From: a virus
Direction: 5' to 3' (one strand)
DNA length: 64,000 nucleotides
Virus record (IMG/VR): IMGVR_UViG_3300049847_000435
Coordinates: 1 to 64,000 of that record
Part shown: piece after piece, positions 29,899 through 40,419 of the stretch
How the letters are laid out: every line of letters starts with the position of its first letter
Numbering within the stretch: the stretch's first letter is position 1
The notes under the pieces: generated by a model
What the model saw: the letters and a program-made list of their open reading frames with translations, nothing else
Databases searched by the model: none
What the model was told of the DNA's origin: nothing
Translations under genes and position numbers: made by a program

Positions 29899-30267
29899 AT
29901 GAGCACAATAACATCTGAACGCACAATCGCAACGCAATGTATTAAGTGCGACTTTTGCGACGCTACATCCGAATCAAAATCCGAAACCGGAACAGTATTC
30001 TATCGGATGTACAAATGTTATGGATGCGGCAGGGATTTATGCGGCATTCATGCAGTCTATCAAGAACTATTGCTTACACACCTCGTAGATTGCAATTATC
30101 TGTGCAAAGAGTGTGATGTATCATTTGTACCGGCGAGAAATGAAGTGTCAGTCGTTATGGCGGAAGCTTACAGGAAAAGAGAGGAGATTATTAATGCGTG
30201 GAAGACTAGCTGTGAGCGAGATGCGACACTTGCAAAGGAAAACCATGCAACCATACTACCAGGATGA
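29899..30267 (+). CDS. Zn-finger protein (paralog of 12321..12626)
   Basis: CDFCD...CYGCGRDLCGIH...CKEC. Confidence 0.6.
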   Translation: MSTITSERTIATQCIKCDFCDATSESKSETGTVFYRMYKCYGCGRDLCGIHAVYQELLLTHLVDCNYLCKECDVSFVPARNEVSVVMAEAYRKREEIINAWKTSCERDATLAKENHATILPG

Positions 30268-30943
30268 TTCAATAACTCTATATCTCGGAGACTGCCGAGA
30301 TATTCTACCGAGACTAAACGGAGAATTCTTCGTCTTCACCGATCCACCCTATAACGTAGGCAAGAATTATGACGGTTGGAACGACTCTATGCCGGATGGC
30401 GAATATTTTGATTTTTGCCAAGAGTGGATCGGTGCGTGCAAGCGCATCTCGACCGAGATGTGTATCTATCCACCCAAAAAGCACCTACTAAAATACTGGA
30501 ATATGCTCGGTGAGAACTACCAGCAAATCATTATGACGTGGACGCCAGAGGGTGCATTTCGCTATGGATACGTAGATCAATTTGCTACCCTACTGTCGAA
30601 CGCCAAGCCCAAAAAACGTACAAAGAATGTATGGGGCGGCGTTCAAGTTCAAGGTCTCGGTTATTTCTTCAAAGAAGATAACTTCGGACACCCAGGCTAC
30701 ACGAGCGAGGACATAACTAGCCGGGTCATCAGTAGTCTTGCTGGTGAAGTCACCGTCCTCGATCCGTTTGGTGGAACCGGAACCACCGCCAGAGTCTGCA
30801 AAAATAGCGGACTCAAATGCGTAACAATTGAATATTCAGAAAAATGGTGCGAGTTCATGGCGATGCAGAGATTGAGACAGAAAAGCATATTTGAGCCAAC
30901 CGCACCTTTCCAACCTCTTGCATTTCAGCAAACTCTATTGTAA
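30245..30943 (+). CDS. Beta-class DNA methyltransferase
   Basis: PYYQDDSITLYLGDC, TDPPYN, VLDPFGGTGTT. Confidence 0.88.
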   Translation: MQPYYQDDSITLYLGDCRDILPRLNGEFFVFTDPPYNVGKNYDGWNDSMPDGEYFDFCQEWIGACKRISTEMCIYPPKKHLLKYWNMLGENYQQIIMTWTPEGAFRYGYVDQFATLLSNAKPKKRTKNVWGGVQVQGLGYFFKEDNFGHPGYTSEDITSRVISSLAGEVTVLDPFGGTGTTARVCKNSGLKCVTIEYSEKWCEFMAMQRLRQKSIFEPTAPFQPLAFQQTLL

Positions 30944-31241
30944 TCTATACAGGTAGCGTCGTAATGGCGCTACCTGTCAACTACCGCAGACGTAAATCTA
31001 CAATCTTTCTCCATCGACCACGCTGCCTTTCGAGACATGAAAGGAGTTCAATGGAAACCACCGAGCACCCATACAATCCCGATATCACAACACAAGATCA
31101 GTCACCGACCCGAAAAAGCGAAGAGAAAGAGCTAAGTAAAACCCATACACGCGCCGGATTCACCAAGAACAAGGGCAAGGGGCTCAGTAAGGCGATCCGC
31201 GTCATCTCCCGTAAATCTCGTCAACTGAATCGAAAGCGAGG

Positions 31242-32234
31242 GTGAACATGCTCAAAAACCCTCAACTTATCGGCTATACCCTGCCGACCCTTCGCCCATT
31301 TACGCGATACGACGGCGATATCGGCGAGATATTTTCAGGCACTGGAACCTACGCCGAGAATCTGATCGAGTTCGCTGGGCGCGTCTGCTATTTCAGCACC
31401 GCCAGCATGGGCAACGCTCCCGACTTCATTGCCGCTCGCATCCGCGAAGGGCACACCGATATTTTAGAACATGGCTGGATAACGCTCTCGGTTGAAATCC
31501 CAGAACCATCACACGTCACCGACTTCTATCGTAGATGTAAATATCTCGTTGCCGACCCAGACCCAGACGACGCTGAACGCTGGATTATCTCTGGCAATTT
31601 CCGCGCATGGCTCGCCTACTTCGGGCACGACAAAGATGTGATGGGCGAATGCGCCATTGTCGCTCCGACTATATTTAGTGACGAGTCACCTACACGGTAT
31701 AGCGGGAAAGTATCATACGATAGCAGACAGCGCCAGACCGGGCAGTCACGCGTTACCCTGCTCGCCATTAACGCCACGCCCGTCGATAGTCTGCCACCCG
31801 AAAGAAAAGACGCACACCGTTCGGCGACATTCCTAGTTGAAGGAGTCAGCCGGACATGCTCGCACCAGTTTGTTCGCCATCGGCTGGCGAGCTTCTCTCA
31901 GGAATCACAGCGGTATGTCGATCTCGCTAAAGGCGAATGGAACGCAGTAGTCCCGCCCGCCATCGCCGAAAACCCAAAGGCGCTGGCTGTCATGACTGCA
32001 TTATGGTCCGCATCCGAAGCCGCCTATGCCGAGTTGCGCGATCTTGGCATTCGCAAAGAGGACGCCCGTTTCCTCCTGCCCAACGCCGCCGAAACTCGTT
32101 TTGTCGTCACCATGCCGATGGACGGCTGGAAGCACTTTCTCGATCTGCGCGACACGAAGGCGGCGCAATGGGAAATTCGCAACGTCGCCAAAATGGTGCG
32201 CGAGCTATTGCGGGATGTGGGCTTTGCAGATTAA
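31242..32234 (+). CDS. thyX: Flavin-dependent thymidylate synthase
   Basis: AGRVCY, GH..ILEH, SHQFVRHRLASFSQESQRY, EDARFLLP, AQWEIR. Confidence 0.95.
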   Translation: MNMLKNPQLIGYTLPTLRPFTRYDGDIGEIFSGTGTYAENLIEFAGRVCYFSTASMGNAPDFIAARIREGHTDILEHGWITLSVEIPEPSHVTDFYRRCKYLVADPDPDDAERWIISGNFRAWLAYFGHDKDVMGECAIVAPTIFSDESPTRYSGKVSYDSRQRQTGQSRVTLLAINATPVDSLPPERKDAHRSATFLVEGVSRTCSHQFVRHRLASFSQESQRYVDLAKGEWNAVVPPAIAENPKALAVMTALWSASEAAYAELRDLGIRKEDARFLLPNAAETRFVVTMPMDGWKHFLDLRDTKAAQWEIRNVAKMVRELLRDVGFAD

Positions 32235-32419
32235 AGACTTCTTCCACCTCATTAATATGGAGCAAGTCCTGCCGCAATACTCACGCGATATCTACACGCA
32301 TGAACTACAACGGCAAGGAGACGCCCCTGAATTGGCGCAATTCAGACTACAACAGCGAATTGACGGGCTACTAATACAGCACGCCACGGAGATGTATTTC
32401 TCGGCGCAAAGGGGGAATC

Positions 32420-32635
32420 ATGACCAGCAAACGACGATTGCGGCGACGTAGTTGTGAAAGTAAGATACAGCACCCGAACGAAGCGATTGCTGCACGCGTC
32501 GCCAGGGCGGTGCAAGAGAAAGGCATGGGGATTCCGGTGCGCGCCTACAAATGTCCATATTGCAGTGGGTGGCACATCGGCAGGCCGAATAGTCGTGGAT
32601 TACAGGCTTTACGCGCAGAACGGGAGAATAGATAG
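32420..32635 (+). CDS. Small Zn-ribbon protein
   Basis: RAYKCPYCSGWHIG. Confidence 0.55.
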   Translation: MTSKRRLRRRSCESKIQHPNEAIAARVARAVQEKGMGIPVRAYKCPYCSGWHIGRPNSRGLQALRAERENR

Positions 32636-32917
32636 ATGGAAATCACAGGAACGATTATAGAGGTTGGCTTAGATACGACTGTAGATTTGTCGATAGCCAC
32701 AATCCAGACGGAAGTCGCTGTATTTCAGATAGCAGTCTCGAAATTCATGGCGCAGGCACTCGCTCACAAACTCTACCAAAAAGTATCGCTTATTCTGCAA
32801 GACCCGATCTTGGTGAGTGATGGTAAGGCGACAGCGACATTCATCAACACGCGTACGGTAACGAATTTTGACGAACCCACGACTGCCGCAATGGCGGGAT
32901 GAAAGGAGAAACGATAC

Positions 32918-33439
32918 ATGCTTGACAGTAAAGCGTCTACACCCCAACCGCCGCCCGTCGCCGGCAAGATCGACGTTGCGCCTATTGTGATTGCCGATAT
33001 CGAGGCACGCGTAGCGGCTGGTAAAGAGAAGTATGGAACGCCGCTGCAAACCAATAACGGGCGTTCGGCGCTATGGGATTTGTACCAGGAACTGATCGAC
33101 GCCTGCATGTACACGCGGCAAAGGCTCCTGGAGGAAGAACAATGGAGTGAAACGCCGGGCTTAGTCATCTCTTTTAGTGAAGGCGACCCCGTCGCCAAAA
33201 CAGATGCAACATCCGCCTACAACTGTTGGGTAGACCGGCAAGGGCGATTCGATGCCGGTCAGACCTACGTCATGACCGATCTAGTAATGAGCGCAGAGGA
33301 CGCTATCGCCGATCTAAAACGCGGCAAGCTGGTGATCATCGACATTAGCGATATCGAAAAGGTGCGGAATGGTGTAGGGGGGCAGGTCGAGACGCAATAT
33401 GAAAGACTGTCCGCCAGAGCGCAGGGGCGAGACGAGTAG
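32918..33439 (+). CDS. Phage protein, possible all-alpha dNTP pyrophosphohydrolase
   Basis: DIEARVAAGKEKYGTPL..NNGR..L.DLYQELID..MY. Confidence 0.5.
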   Translation: MLDSKASTPQPPPVAGKIDVAPIVIADIEARVAAGKEKYGTPLQTNNGRSALWDLYQELIDACMYTRQRLLEEEQWSETPGLVISFSEGDPVAKTDATSAYNCWVDRQGRFDAGQTYVMTDLVMSAEDAIADLKRGKLVIIDISDIEKVRNGVGGQVETQYERLSARAQGRDE

Positions 33440-33457
33440 GGGAATGGACAAAACACA

Positions 33458-34240
33458 ATGAAGACATTACTCAGGAATGCCGATGGCGAAAGATTGATTT
33501 GGTGGAATTGGCAAAACTTAGCAAAGCCAGGGCAGCGCAGAAACGCCCGCGCATGGCTGCATTTTTACGATAACAGCATAGGCGTGCAGTGGGTGTTTCG
33601 CCCCAGAAACCTGTCGATAGGCGTTACATTCGCAGATACGACGGTTGACGACGACTCACTGTCTTTTCATTTCTCAATCCCTTTCCTGATTGCGCTCTAC
33701 GTCAGTATTTCAAGACTGCCCATCGTCAAGCGATTGCCTGGTGTGAAGTACGTAAGTGGGAAGTGTGATAGCGGAATGCGATCTATCGACTTCACTTACG
33801 ACAGGCGAGAGAATAACTGGGTTCACTGGCGCTTGTGGCGCAATCCGCACTTCGGAAATTCCAGAGACTGGCGGGATGACGGGTTGTTTGTTGATGATGT
33901 GATTTTCGGGAGAGACAAATACTCCGAGCAAGAACTGGACTCTCAGCCATGCGTGATCGTGATGCCGGAGCGATCCTACAATGCTACGGCGCGCCGATAC
34001 GTCGCTACATGGACACGAAAGCGATGGCGAAAACCGAAGTCAATCAACCGGGTCGAGATAGAAGTACCAGAAGGAATCGGCACGCCTGGGCATGGCGAAA
34101 ATAGTTGGGATATGGATGATGACGCGGCATTTGAATTCACAACGAATGCCGACACGGTAGAAGAGGCGATTGAATCCCTTCGAGCCAGAATCCTTAAGGA
34201 ACGTAAAAAGTTTGGCGGCGAATATTGGGTGCCATCTTGA
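33458..34240 (+). CDS. Hypothetical protein (Trp-rich)
   Basis: 260-aa ORF in the operon. Confidence 0.55.
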   Translation: MKTLLRNADGERLIWWNWQNLAKPGQRRNARAWLHFYDNSIGVQWVFRPRNLSIGVTFADTTVDDDSLSFHFSIPFLIALYVSISRLPIVKRLPGVKYVSGKCDSGMRSIDFTYDRRENNWVHWRLWRNPHFGNSRDWRDDGLFVDDVIFGRDKYSEQELDSQPCVIVMPERSYNATARRYVATWTRKRWRKPKSINRVEIEVPEGIGTPGHGENSWDMDDDAAFEFTTNADTVEEAIESLRARILKERKKFGGEYWVPS

Positions 34241-34893
34241 AAGGGGACTAAATGGACAGCAAAGAATCGACAGAGTCAAAAATCTGGACGGAGATGATCA
34301 GCCTTTGGCAAAAGCTTGAACAGGCAAAGCCAAATGGGCGAAGCGAACAGGCGCGGCGATATGCGGTTGCAATCACAGAATACCAGAAGGTGATGGGGTA
34401 CTTCTACACATTCGTAATGCAAGAATGTTCGCTCGATCACAAGAGCGAGTAGAAGCGCGGTCGAACATCCGGTAACGGGCGCAGATAACAGGAGTAGGGG
34501 ATTGACTCGGCTCCATGCCGTGGCCTCTGCGCCGACCATAATAGGGAAATAAAGGAAATAACCATGAACGTCCACGCGGCTACAAATCCTGGATATCCTA
34601 CGACGCCGAAACTGGTAGCCTACTAATCTATTTCGATGGCGTGCCGGTTCCAAAATACGTGTCGTGGATCAATGACAGACTTGCCACTCTGCATGATTGC
34701 AATAACGATGCCATTGTCGGAGTAATGATCGCCAACGCGTAAAGGCGCATATCGGCGCAAAATAGCGTGAAAAACGTGAATTTCGTAACTTTTCCTTATA
34801 GAAATAGAATTCCGCAGCGAAGCAAGGAATGTAAGATTAATTACACATCTCATTGTGACTATGCGATAACTGAATAGCTAATCGGAGCGCGTT

Positions 34894-35223
34894 GTGAATC
34901 AGATAGCTGAATTTATATTCAAGTGGCTTAGTGGCAATCCGGGCGAGTATTGCGTCTCTCCTGGATCGGAAGTTCGGAGGACATTCGGTGCTATTGACGA
35001 TGGCGAGTCAATGTTTACCGCAACCACGTACAATAACGACGGTCATGATATTTGGATAGAGTACACGGGCGGTGGGTGGATTTGCCATCTTCGCCAGGGT
35101 GAATCTTTGCAACTGGCAAAGATTATTGTTTGGGATTGGTGGATTAAATCCACTTGGTTTGGGCTAAAGCGAAAGATTTGGTATTGGTCATTGTCCAGAG
35201 TAATGAAAAACACAAAAGCGTAA
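34894..35223 (+). CDS. Hypothetical protein
   Basis: ORF with GGAG RBS. Confidence 0.45.
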   Translation: MNQIAEFIFKWLSGNPGEYCVSPGSEVRRTFGAIDDGESMFTATTYNNDGHDIWIEYTGGGWICHLRQGESLQLAKIIVWDWWIKSTWFGLKRKIWYWSLSRVMKNTKA

Positions 35224-35248
35224 CACCGAATAGTGAGGAGGGATAAAA

Positions 35249-35623
35249 ATGGGTGTAGGGATGCCACAAGAATTACTTTTAAACGAATTCGGATCGCACG
35301 TATGGAGCGCGTTCGGTGATGTGCCTTATCACGTTGGCTCGTCTTTGCGAAGTAAGCAATGGCGAGATGTTGACGTCAGACTCATGCTTGATGATGACGA
35401 TTGGAACGACATGAGATTTGGCGACCCAAACAGAACTCATACCAATGCGAAATGGGTAGCCCTTTGCCTCGCCTTTTCCGCTCTCGGAAAGCAAATAACT
35501 GGATTGCCAATCGACTTTCAAATACAGAAGCGGTCGCTCGCTAATGAAATGTATGGAGGCGAGGACAGATCTGCGCTCGGTTTTGTGCCGCTAAGATACG
35601 AGGATAGAGGGCAAAATGAATAA
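35249..35623 (+). CDS. Minimal nucleotidyltransferase-fold protein
   Basis: VGSSL....RDVDVR, IDFQ. Confidence 0.6.
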   Translation: MGVGMPQELLLNEFGSHVWSAFGDVPYHVGSSLRSKQWRDVDVRLMLDDDDWNDMRFGDPNRTHTNAKWVALCLAFSALGKQITGLPIDFQIQKRSLANEMYGGEDRSALGFVPLRYEDRGQNE

Positions 35624-35908
35624 CGAAGTGATTGCCAAAGAAAAAGAAATTTACCCAGCTTGGGGCGGCATAGTATTTTCGCGGGCGTTTGCGTCTAGAT
35701 TTCCCATTACCATGCAAATACTAAATGCCGCAGTCAACGATGCTCGATTGCAGGCAAAGAAACGGGCGTTTGAGTCGGCTACCGGGATTGCGTGGGAGGA
35801 CAGATATAAAACGCACCCGATTGCACCTGGCGTTACAGTGAAAGATGTTAGAGTCGAGATCGAACGACAGGCGAATGAAATAAGAGGGGAGCGAGATACC
35901 GAAGACCC

Positions 35909-37176
35909 ATGAACGAAGTAATCAACCGATTCATCTCTGAACTAAAACCACACCCGCGCAACTACAACGGGCATAGCGATAGGCAGGTTGACGATCTCGC
36001 CCTTTCGCTTAAAAGGTTCGGTCAGCGCAAGCCGATTGTAACATGGCGCGACATGATTGTCGCTGGGCACGGACTAACGATGGCTGCGCAGAGGGAGGGA
36101 TGGACGACCATTCTGACCATGCCCATTCCCGATGACTGGGACGAGGCGACCGTGTTGGCGTACCTGGCAGTCGACAACGAACTGGCGCGTCAAGCCGACC
36201 CCGATCTTGCGCAACTGGCTGCGATTGCTAAAGGGTTGGAAGGGATCGACGAAGAGTTGGCGAAGCTGGCAGCCGGTGGGGATGATGCGCTCAAGGCGTT
36301 GATGGCGACGATTGAAGACGAACAGCCGAATGGTGACGCCGATCCTCAGACTAACAAAGCTGACGAATTGCGCGTAAAGTGGGGTGTCGAGTTGGGTCAG
36401 ATGTGGCGATTACCGAGCCGAGATGGGAAAGGCGAGCATCGGCTAATTTGTGGGGATTCTACCGATGCGGAAACCGTTAAAAGGGTGATGGGGGGGGCAA
36501 GGCATCAATCGTCTTCACCGATCCGCCTTATGGCGTAGCAATAGGCGCAAAGAACAGGATGTTAAATTCCTTCCAGAAGGCTGGAAGGAATTTAACCGAT
36601 ATTGAGGATGACGATATGAAGCCGGAAGACCTAAAAGCCAAACTACTCCCAGCCTTCGAGTTAATTCGAGAGGTTGTTATGGCTGATGATTGCACGGTAT
36701 TCCTAACAGCACCGCAAGGCGGCGAACTCAGCATGATGATGATGATGATGAGGGACGCGAAGCTTCCGATCCGTCACGTTCTTATATGGAAGAAAAACGC
36801 ACCAACCTTTTCAATGGGTAGACTCGATTACGACTATCAGCACGAACCCATATTGCTCACGTGGGGGAAACGGCACAAGCGACCCATGAACGGAACTCAC
36901 AAGACGAGCGTTTGGGAGATTGATAAGCCGAGGGCATCGGTAGAGCACCCAACAATGAAGCCGCCAGAGCTATATATGAATGCGTATCTAAACAACTCGG
37001 ATGTTGGCGATATTGCATTTGAACCATACGATGGTAGTGGCACTGCATTAATTGCCAGCGAAAACACTGGAAGATATTGCCGCGCAATCGAAATCTCGCC
37101 CGGCTATACTGCTGTAGCCTTACAGAGATACCTTGACTCCTTTGCAATCACACCCGAATTGATCAATGACCGATGA
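35909..37176 (+). CDS. ParB-N / DNA methyltransferase fusion split by a frameshift at a G8 tract
   Basis: ParB-N (HPRN, FGQRKPI, VAGHG, DN), then LICGDST; after G8 at 36490-36497 the -1 frame reads KASIVFTDPPYG and joins ORF 36559..37176 (HPTMKP, EPYDGSGT). Confidence 0.85.
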
Positions 37177-37924
37177 ACTTGAAGGCTTAGACGCCAAACT
37201 CCTACGCGGGATGTTACCCGCGCTCTACAAAAAAGCACAAGAAGGCGACCAACGCTCCATCGATACCGTCCTGCGCATCCTGCAACGTCTCGAAAAGAAT
37301 GCGCCGACACCCGCGCCCAGCGATCCAGCCGAACCAGGCTTCACCGCGCCAATCAACGTACCGGGGCAGCTTCAATCACGCGCTAGTCGCAAGGAATTCG
37401 AGGCACTTCTCGAAAATCCGCCCGCCGACGACCCGTTTACCAATGAAGGAATTCTACAGCTTTCCGAGGCTTATTTCCGACAAATGGAAGACGGCGAAAA
37501 TGATGATAAGTGGGACTGGCGCAAGCACGCCTATGTAGCCTGGGCGTGTATCCCCAAAAATCTGCGTTACCCCAAAACGATCAACGAATTCGCCGCGCTG
37601 GTCGGGCTGACAAGCGCTTCCACTATTCGCAAGTGGCGCGCTAAAGACCCGGAAATACCGGAACGGATCGCCAGTCTACCGCGGCTCATGCTGAACCAAC
37701 ACGTATCTAATGTACTGCACGCGCTAACCACCGTTGCCGCCGACCCCGTCCCGCAATCCCACCAAGACCGCAAACTCTTCCTCGAGATCACCGGCGTCTA
37801 CGATCCAAAGAGCAACATCAACCTACGTGGCGTTGTCGGCACTATCGAACTGGACGATCCGCTTGATGACGACGAGCAAGCAGCCGTCGAACGGATTCTA
37901 AAGGAAGTCGCCGCGCTGGAATGA
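37166..37924 (+). CDS. terS: Terminase small subunit
   Basis: HTH (PKTINEFAALVG....TIRKW), DRKLFLE..G; directly upstream of terL. Confidence 0.7.
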   Translation: MTDELEGLDAKLLRGMLPALYKKAQEGDQRSIDTVLRILQRLEKNAPTPAPSDPAEPGFTAPINVPGQLQSRASRKEFEALLENPPADDPFTNEGILQLSEAYFRQMEDGENDDKWDWRKHAYVAWACIPKNLRYPKTINEFAALVGLTSASTIRKWRAKDPEIPERIASLPRLMLNQHVSNVLHALTTVAADPVPQSHQDRKLFLEITGVYDPKSNINLRGVVGTIELDDPLDDDEQAAVERILKEVAALE

Positions 37925-39486
37925 AGCAATTAGACAGCCGTCAAATCAGAGCCGCCGCCCGTCGCAACACTGCCATCTTTGCCAAGTGCTGGCGCGAAGG
38001 CGTCAACCCGGCAGCCCATCAGTATGAAATGGCGCGGCGCATCGACGGCCCCAGTCCCTACCAGGCTGACTTCTGGCCACGCGACCACGGCAAGAGCGAG
38101 ATTTTCTGTCTCTCCTACCCCCTCCGTCGCATCTGCGAAGACCCCAACCTTCGTATCCTCATCGTGCAAAAGCGCGCTACTGAAGCCGAAAAGACCTTGA
38201 GTGTCATTAAGCAGGAGCTGGAGAGCAATCACCGACTTAAAGCCTACTATGCCACCCACTGGGAAGAGACGGTGGGCTACCGCGATATCTCCAATCAGGC
38301 GGGCGCAATCCAACTCTCTGGCAAAAAAGAGGGCGCATGGCAACAATCGCGCATCTACTGCAAGCGCACGCGGCGCGGCAAAGACCCCACCGTCGAGGCT
38401 GTGGGCGTGGGCGGGGCGATCACCGGCGGGCACTACGACATCATCATCCTTGACGACATTGAGGACGATGAAAACGTCCGCACAGACGAGCGCTTACGAG
38501 GGATGATCGAATGGTTCACCGGCACCATTATGCAGCTGCGCGAGCCGCACACCAAGATCATCATCGTCGGCACGCTCAAGACCAACAAGCAGGACATCTA
38601 CAATATCGTCCTGAATTCTCCGGTATGGGACACCTACAAAACAAGTGCAATCCTCAGTCATAAGTTGAGCGATGTGCAGATTGAGCCAGTACGCAATGCC
38701 GATGGCGTGATTATCGATGTGAATGTCACCACGCCGAACGTCGAAACGCTCTGGCCGCAGAAATGGAACATCAAAGCACTCATGCTCGAAAAGCTCGCCA
38801 GTTTGGACGTAGCGGTCTGGATACGCGAGAAGATGAATGATCTCAGCGCGCTGGCAGGCAAGGTCTTTAAGCGCGATTTATTCCAGTGGTACAACGAAGA
38901 GGAATTCAACAATCTCCGTCGCGACCGATTGCTTGAGCAGATTATCCAGGTGTGGGATACCGCCTATGGCGAGGGTGAGGAAAGCGATTATTCGGCGTGC
39001 GTGACCGCCGCTCTGGTGCGCGGCAGCATTTACATCCTCGACGTTTACCGCGCTAAGTTGGAGTTACCGCAACTCAAAGACGCCATCGTCAGCCAGTATA
39101 ATCAGTGGCTGCCTGAACGCGTTTACATCGAAAATAAAGCCAGCGGCAAGAGCGTCTTTCAGGTACTCAAACAAGAGACGGGCGTTCCCGTCAGCGAGAT
39201 CGATCCGCAGGGGCGCGATAAGCTCAGCCGGGCACGTTCCACGACTGTCTACATCGAGAATCGGCGCGTTTATCTGCGCTCTGGTGCGCTCTGGCTAGAT
39301 GGGTTCCTGGGCGAGTTGACGATGTTCCCTGAGTCCGAGCATGACGACCAGGTAGACGCGTTCGTGTACGCGGTGTTGGCTTTGCTCCTTAGCGGCATAG
39401 TCACATTTCATGATATTCAGAGTGGCGGCGGCAGTGAGAGATCGCCGCGTGCAAGTGAGTGGATGAGGATTTTGCAGGCAAAGTAG
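37921..39486 (+). CDS. terL: Terminase large subunit
   Basis: PRDHGKS Walker A, IILDD Walker B, WDTA, DYSA, IENKASG, HDDQVDA. Confidence 0.95.
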   Translation: MKQLDSRQIRAAARRNTAIFAKCWREGVNPAAHQYEMARRIDGPSPYQADFWPRDHGKSEIFCLSYPLRRICEDPNLRILIVQKRATEAEKTLSVIKQELESNHRLKAYYATHWEETVGYRDISNQAGAIQLSGKKEGAWQQSRIYCKRTRRGKDPTVEAVGVGGAITGGHYDIIILDDIEDDENVRTDERLRGMIEWFTGTIMQLREPHTKIIIVGTLKTNKQDIYNIVLNSPVWDTYKTSAILSHKLSDVQIEPVRNADGVIIDVNVTTPNVETLWPQKWNIKALMLEKLASLDVAVWIREKMNDLSALAGKVFKRDLFQWYNEEEFNNLRRDRLLEQIIQVWDTAYGEGEESDYSACVTAALVRGSIYILDVYRAKLELPQLKDAIVSQYNQWLPERVYIENKASGKSVFQVLKQETGVPVSEIDPQGRDKLSRARSTTVYIENRRVYLRSGALWLDGFLGELTMFPESEHDDQVDAFVYAVLALLLSGIVTFHDIQSGGGSERSPRASEWMRILQAK

Positions 39487-39614
39487 ATTGAGCTATTATT
39501 GCCTAGCAGCTCGTTGAGATTTATTTCTAGCGGGCTTTTCCATATTCTTTAGCTTAACAAGAGTACGAAAGAGTAATCGTTCGCAGCGTTATCTTTCGTA
39601 CTCAGCGAATACCC

Positions 39615-39660
39615 ACCACGAAAATGGCTAGACTCAATTGAGTCTAGCCATTTTCGTGGT
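39615..39660. repeat. Perfect 46-bp palindrome
   Basis: ACCACGAAAATGGCTAGACTCAA|TTGAGTCTAGCCATTTTCGTGGT. Confidence 0.95.
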
Positions 39661-39836
39661 AAATTTTACCTAAAAGATAACGCGACCAACGAAACTCTTT
39701 TAGGCGCTAACTGAACTTCGGTGCAGGGATCGACTCTCTTGAGAATTCACGAACGAAACACAGGTATTATGCCACATTGCCGAGTGAAATGAAAATGAAG
39801 ATGGACCGTTCGATCTCTAGGATTGACGATGCGTAA

Positions 39837-39889
39837 TGTGATCAACACCACATATTAAGTATTTTTAAAAAAGTACACTATAAATACAT
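39837..39889 (+). promoter_or_regulatory. Repeated activator-type promoter, copy 4
   Basis: TGTG-N8-CACA-N21-TACACT-ATAAATACAT. Confidence 0.75.
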
Positions 39890-39926
39890 GTTTTCGTGAA
39901 AATTCTTTTGCACGCGGAGAACAACC

Positions 39927-40040
39927 GTGATCACCTATCTCGTTATCCTGCTTGTCGGTATCGCTATTGGCGTGAGTGCGACGCTAATCAGCGCTGCGCT
40001 TTTTGCGTCGAGCAGGGCAAGCGGGCGTGAGGGCGATTAA
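39927..40040 (+). CDS. Small membrane peptide
   Basis: GGAG RBS, GTG start, 37 aa with one TM helix. Confidence 0.5.
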   Translation: MITYLVILLVGIAIGVSATLISAALFASSRASGREGD

Positions 40041-40419
40041 GCGACAGAGCTTCGCAAGTAATCTCAATTAGCATCGGAGGCGAGATAGGAAAACGATCAT
40101 TTAACTTTTCTGGAAGCGGCGCAACGCAATCGAATCGCATCGTCTGCCGTTGCGGATGTGTTTGAGATGCTTGATAAAGAAGATGTGAGTCTCATCGTTC
40201 GCGCCCGTCAGGCAGCAATAGAATTATGGAAAATAAAACAGCGTGATGGAGTTGTGCCGCCGAGAGAATTGAGCAGTGTAGCTACATCCTACAGCGTAAC
40301 AACTTTTGCAATTATGCGGGAGCTAGAACGGATGGGATGTCTAGCAAGCGGTACGGCAATGGCGATTGAAAAACGTTGTTTCGGTAATAACAACGTTTTT
40401 CAATCGAAGGAAAATAACC

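Noticed and set aside
36733-36750. (ATG)6 microsatellite as a phase-variation switch
   Set aside because: Triplet repeat, so length changes keep the frame and only alter a Met run
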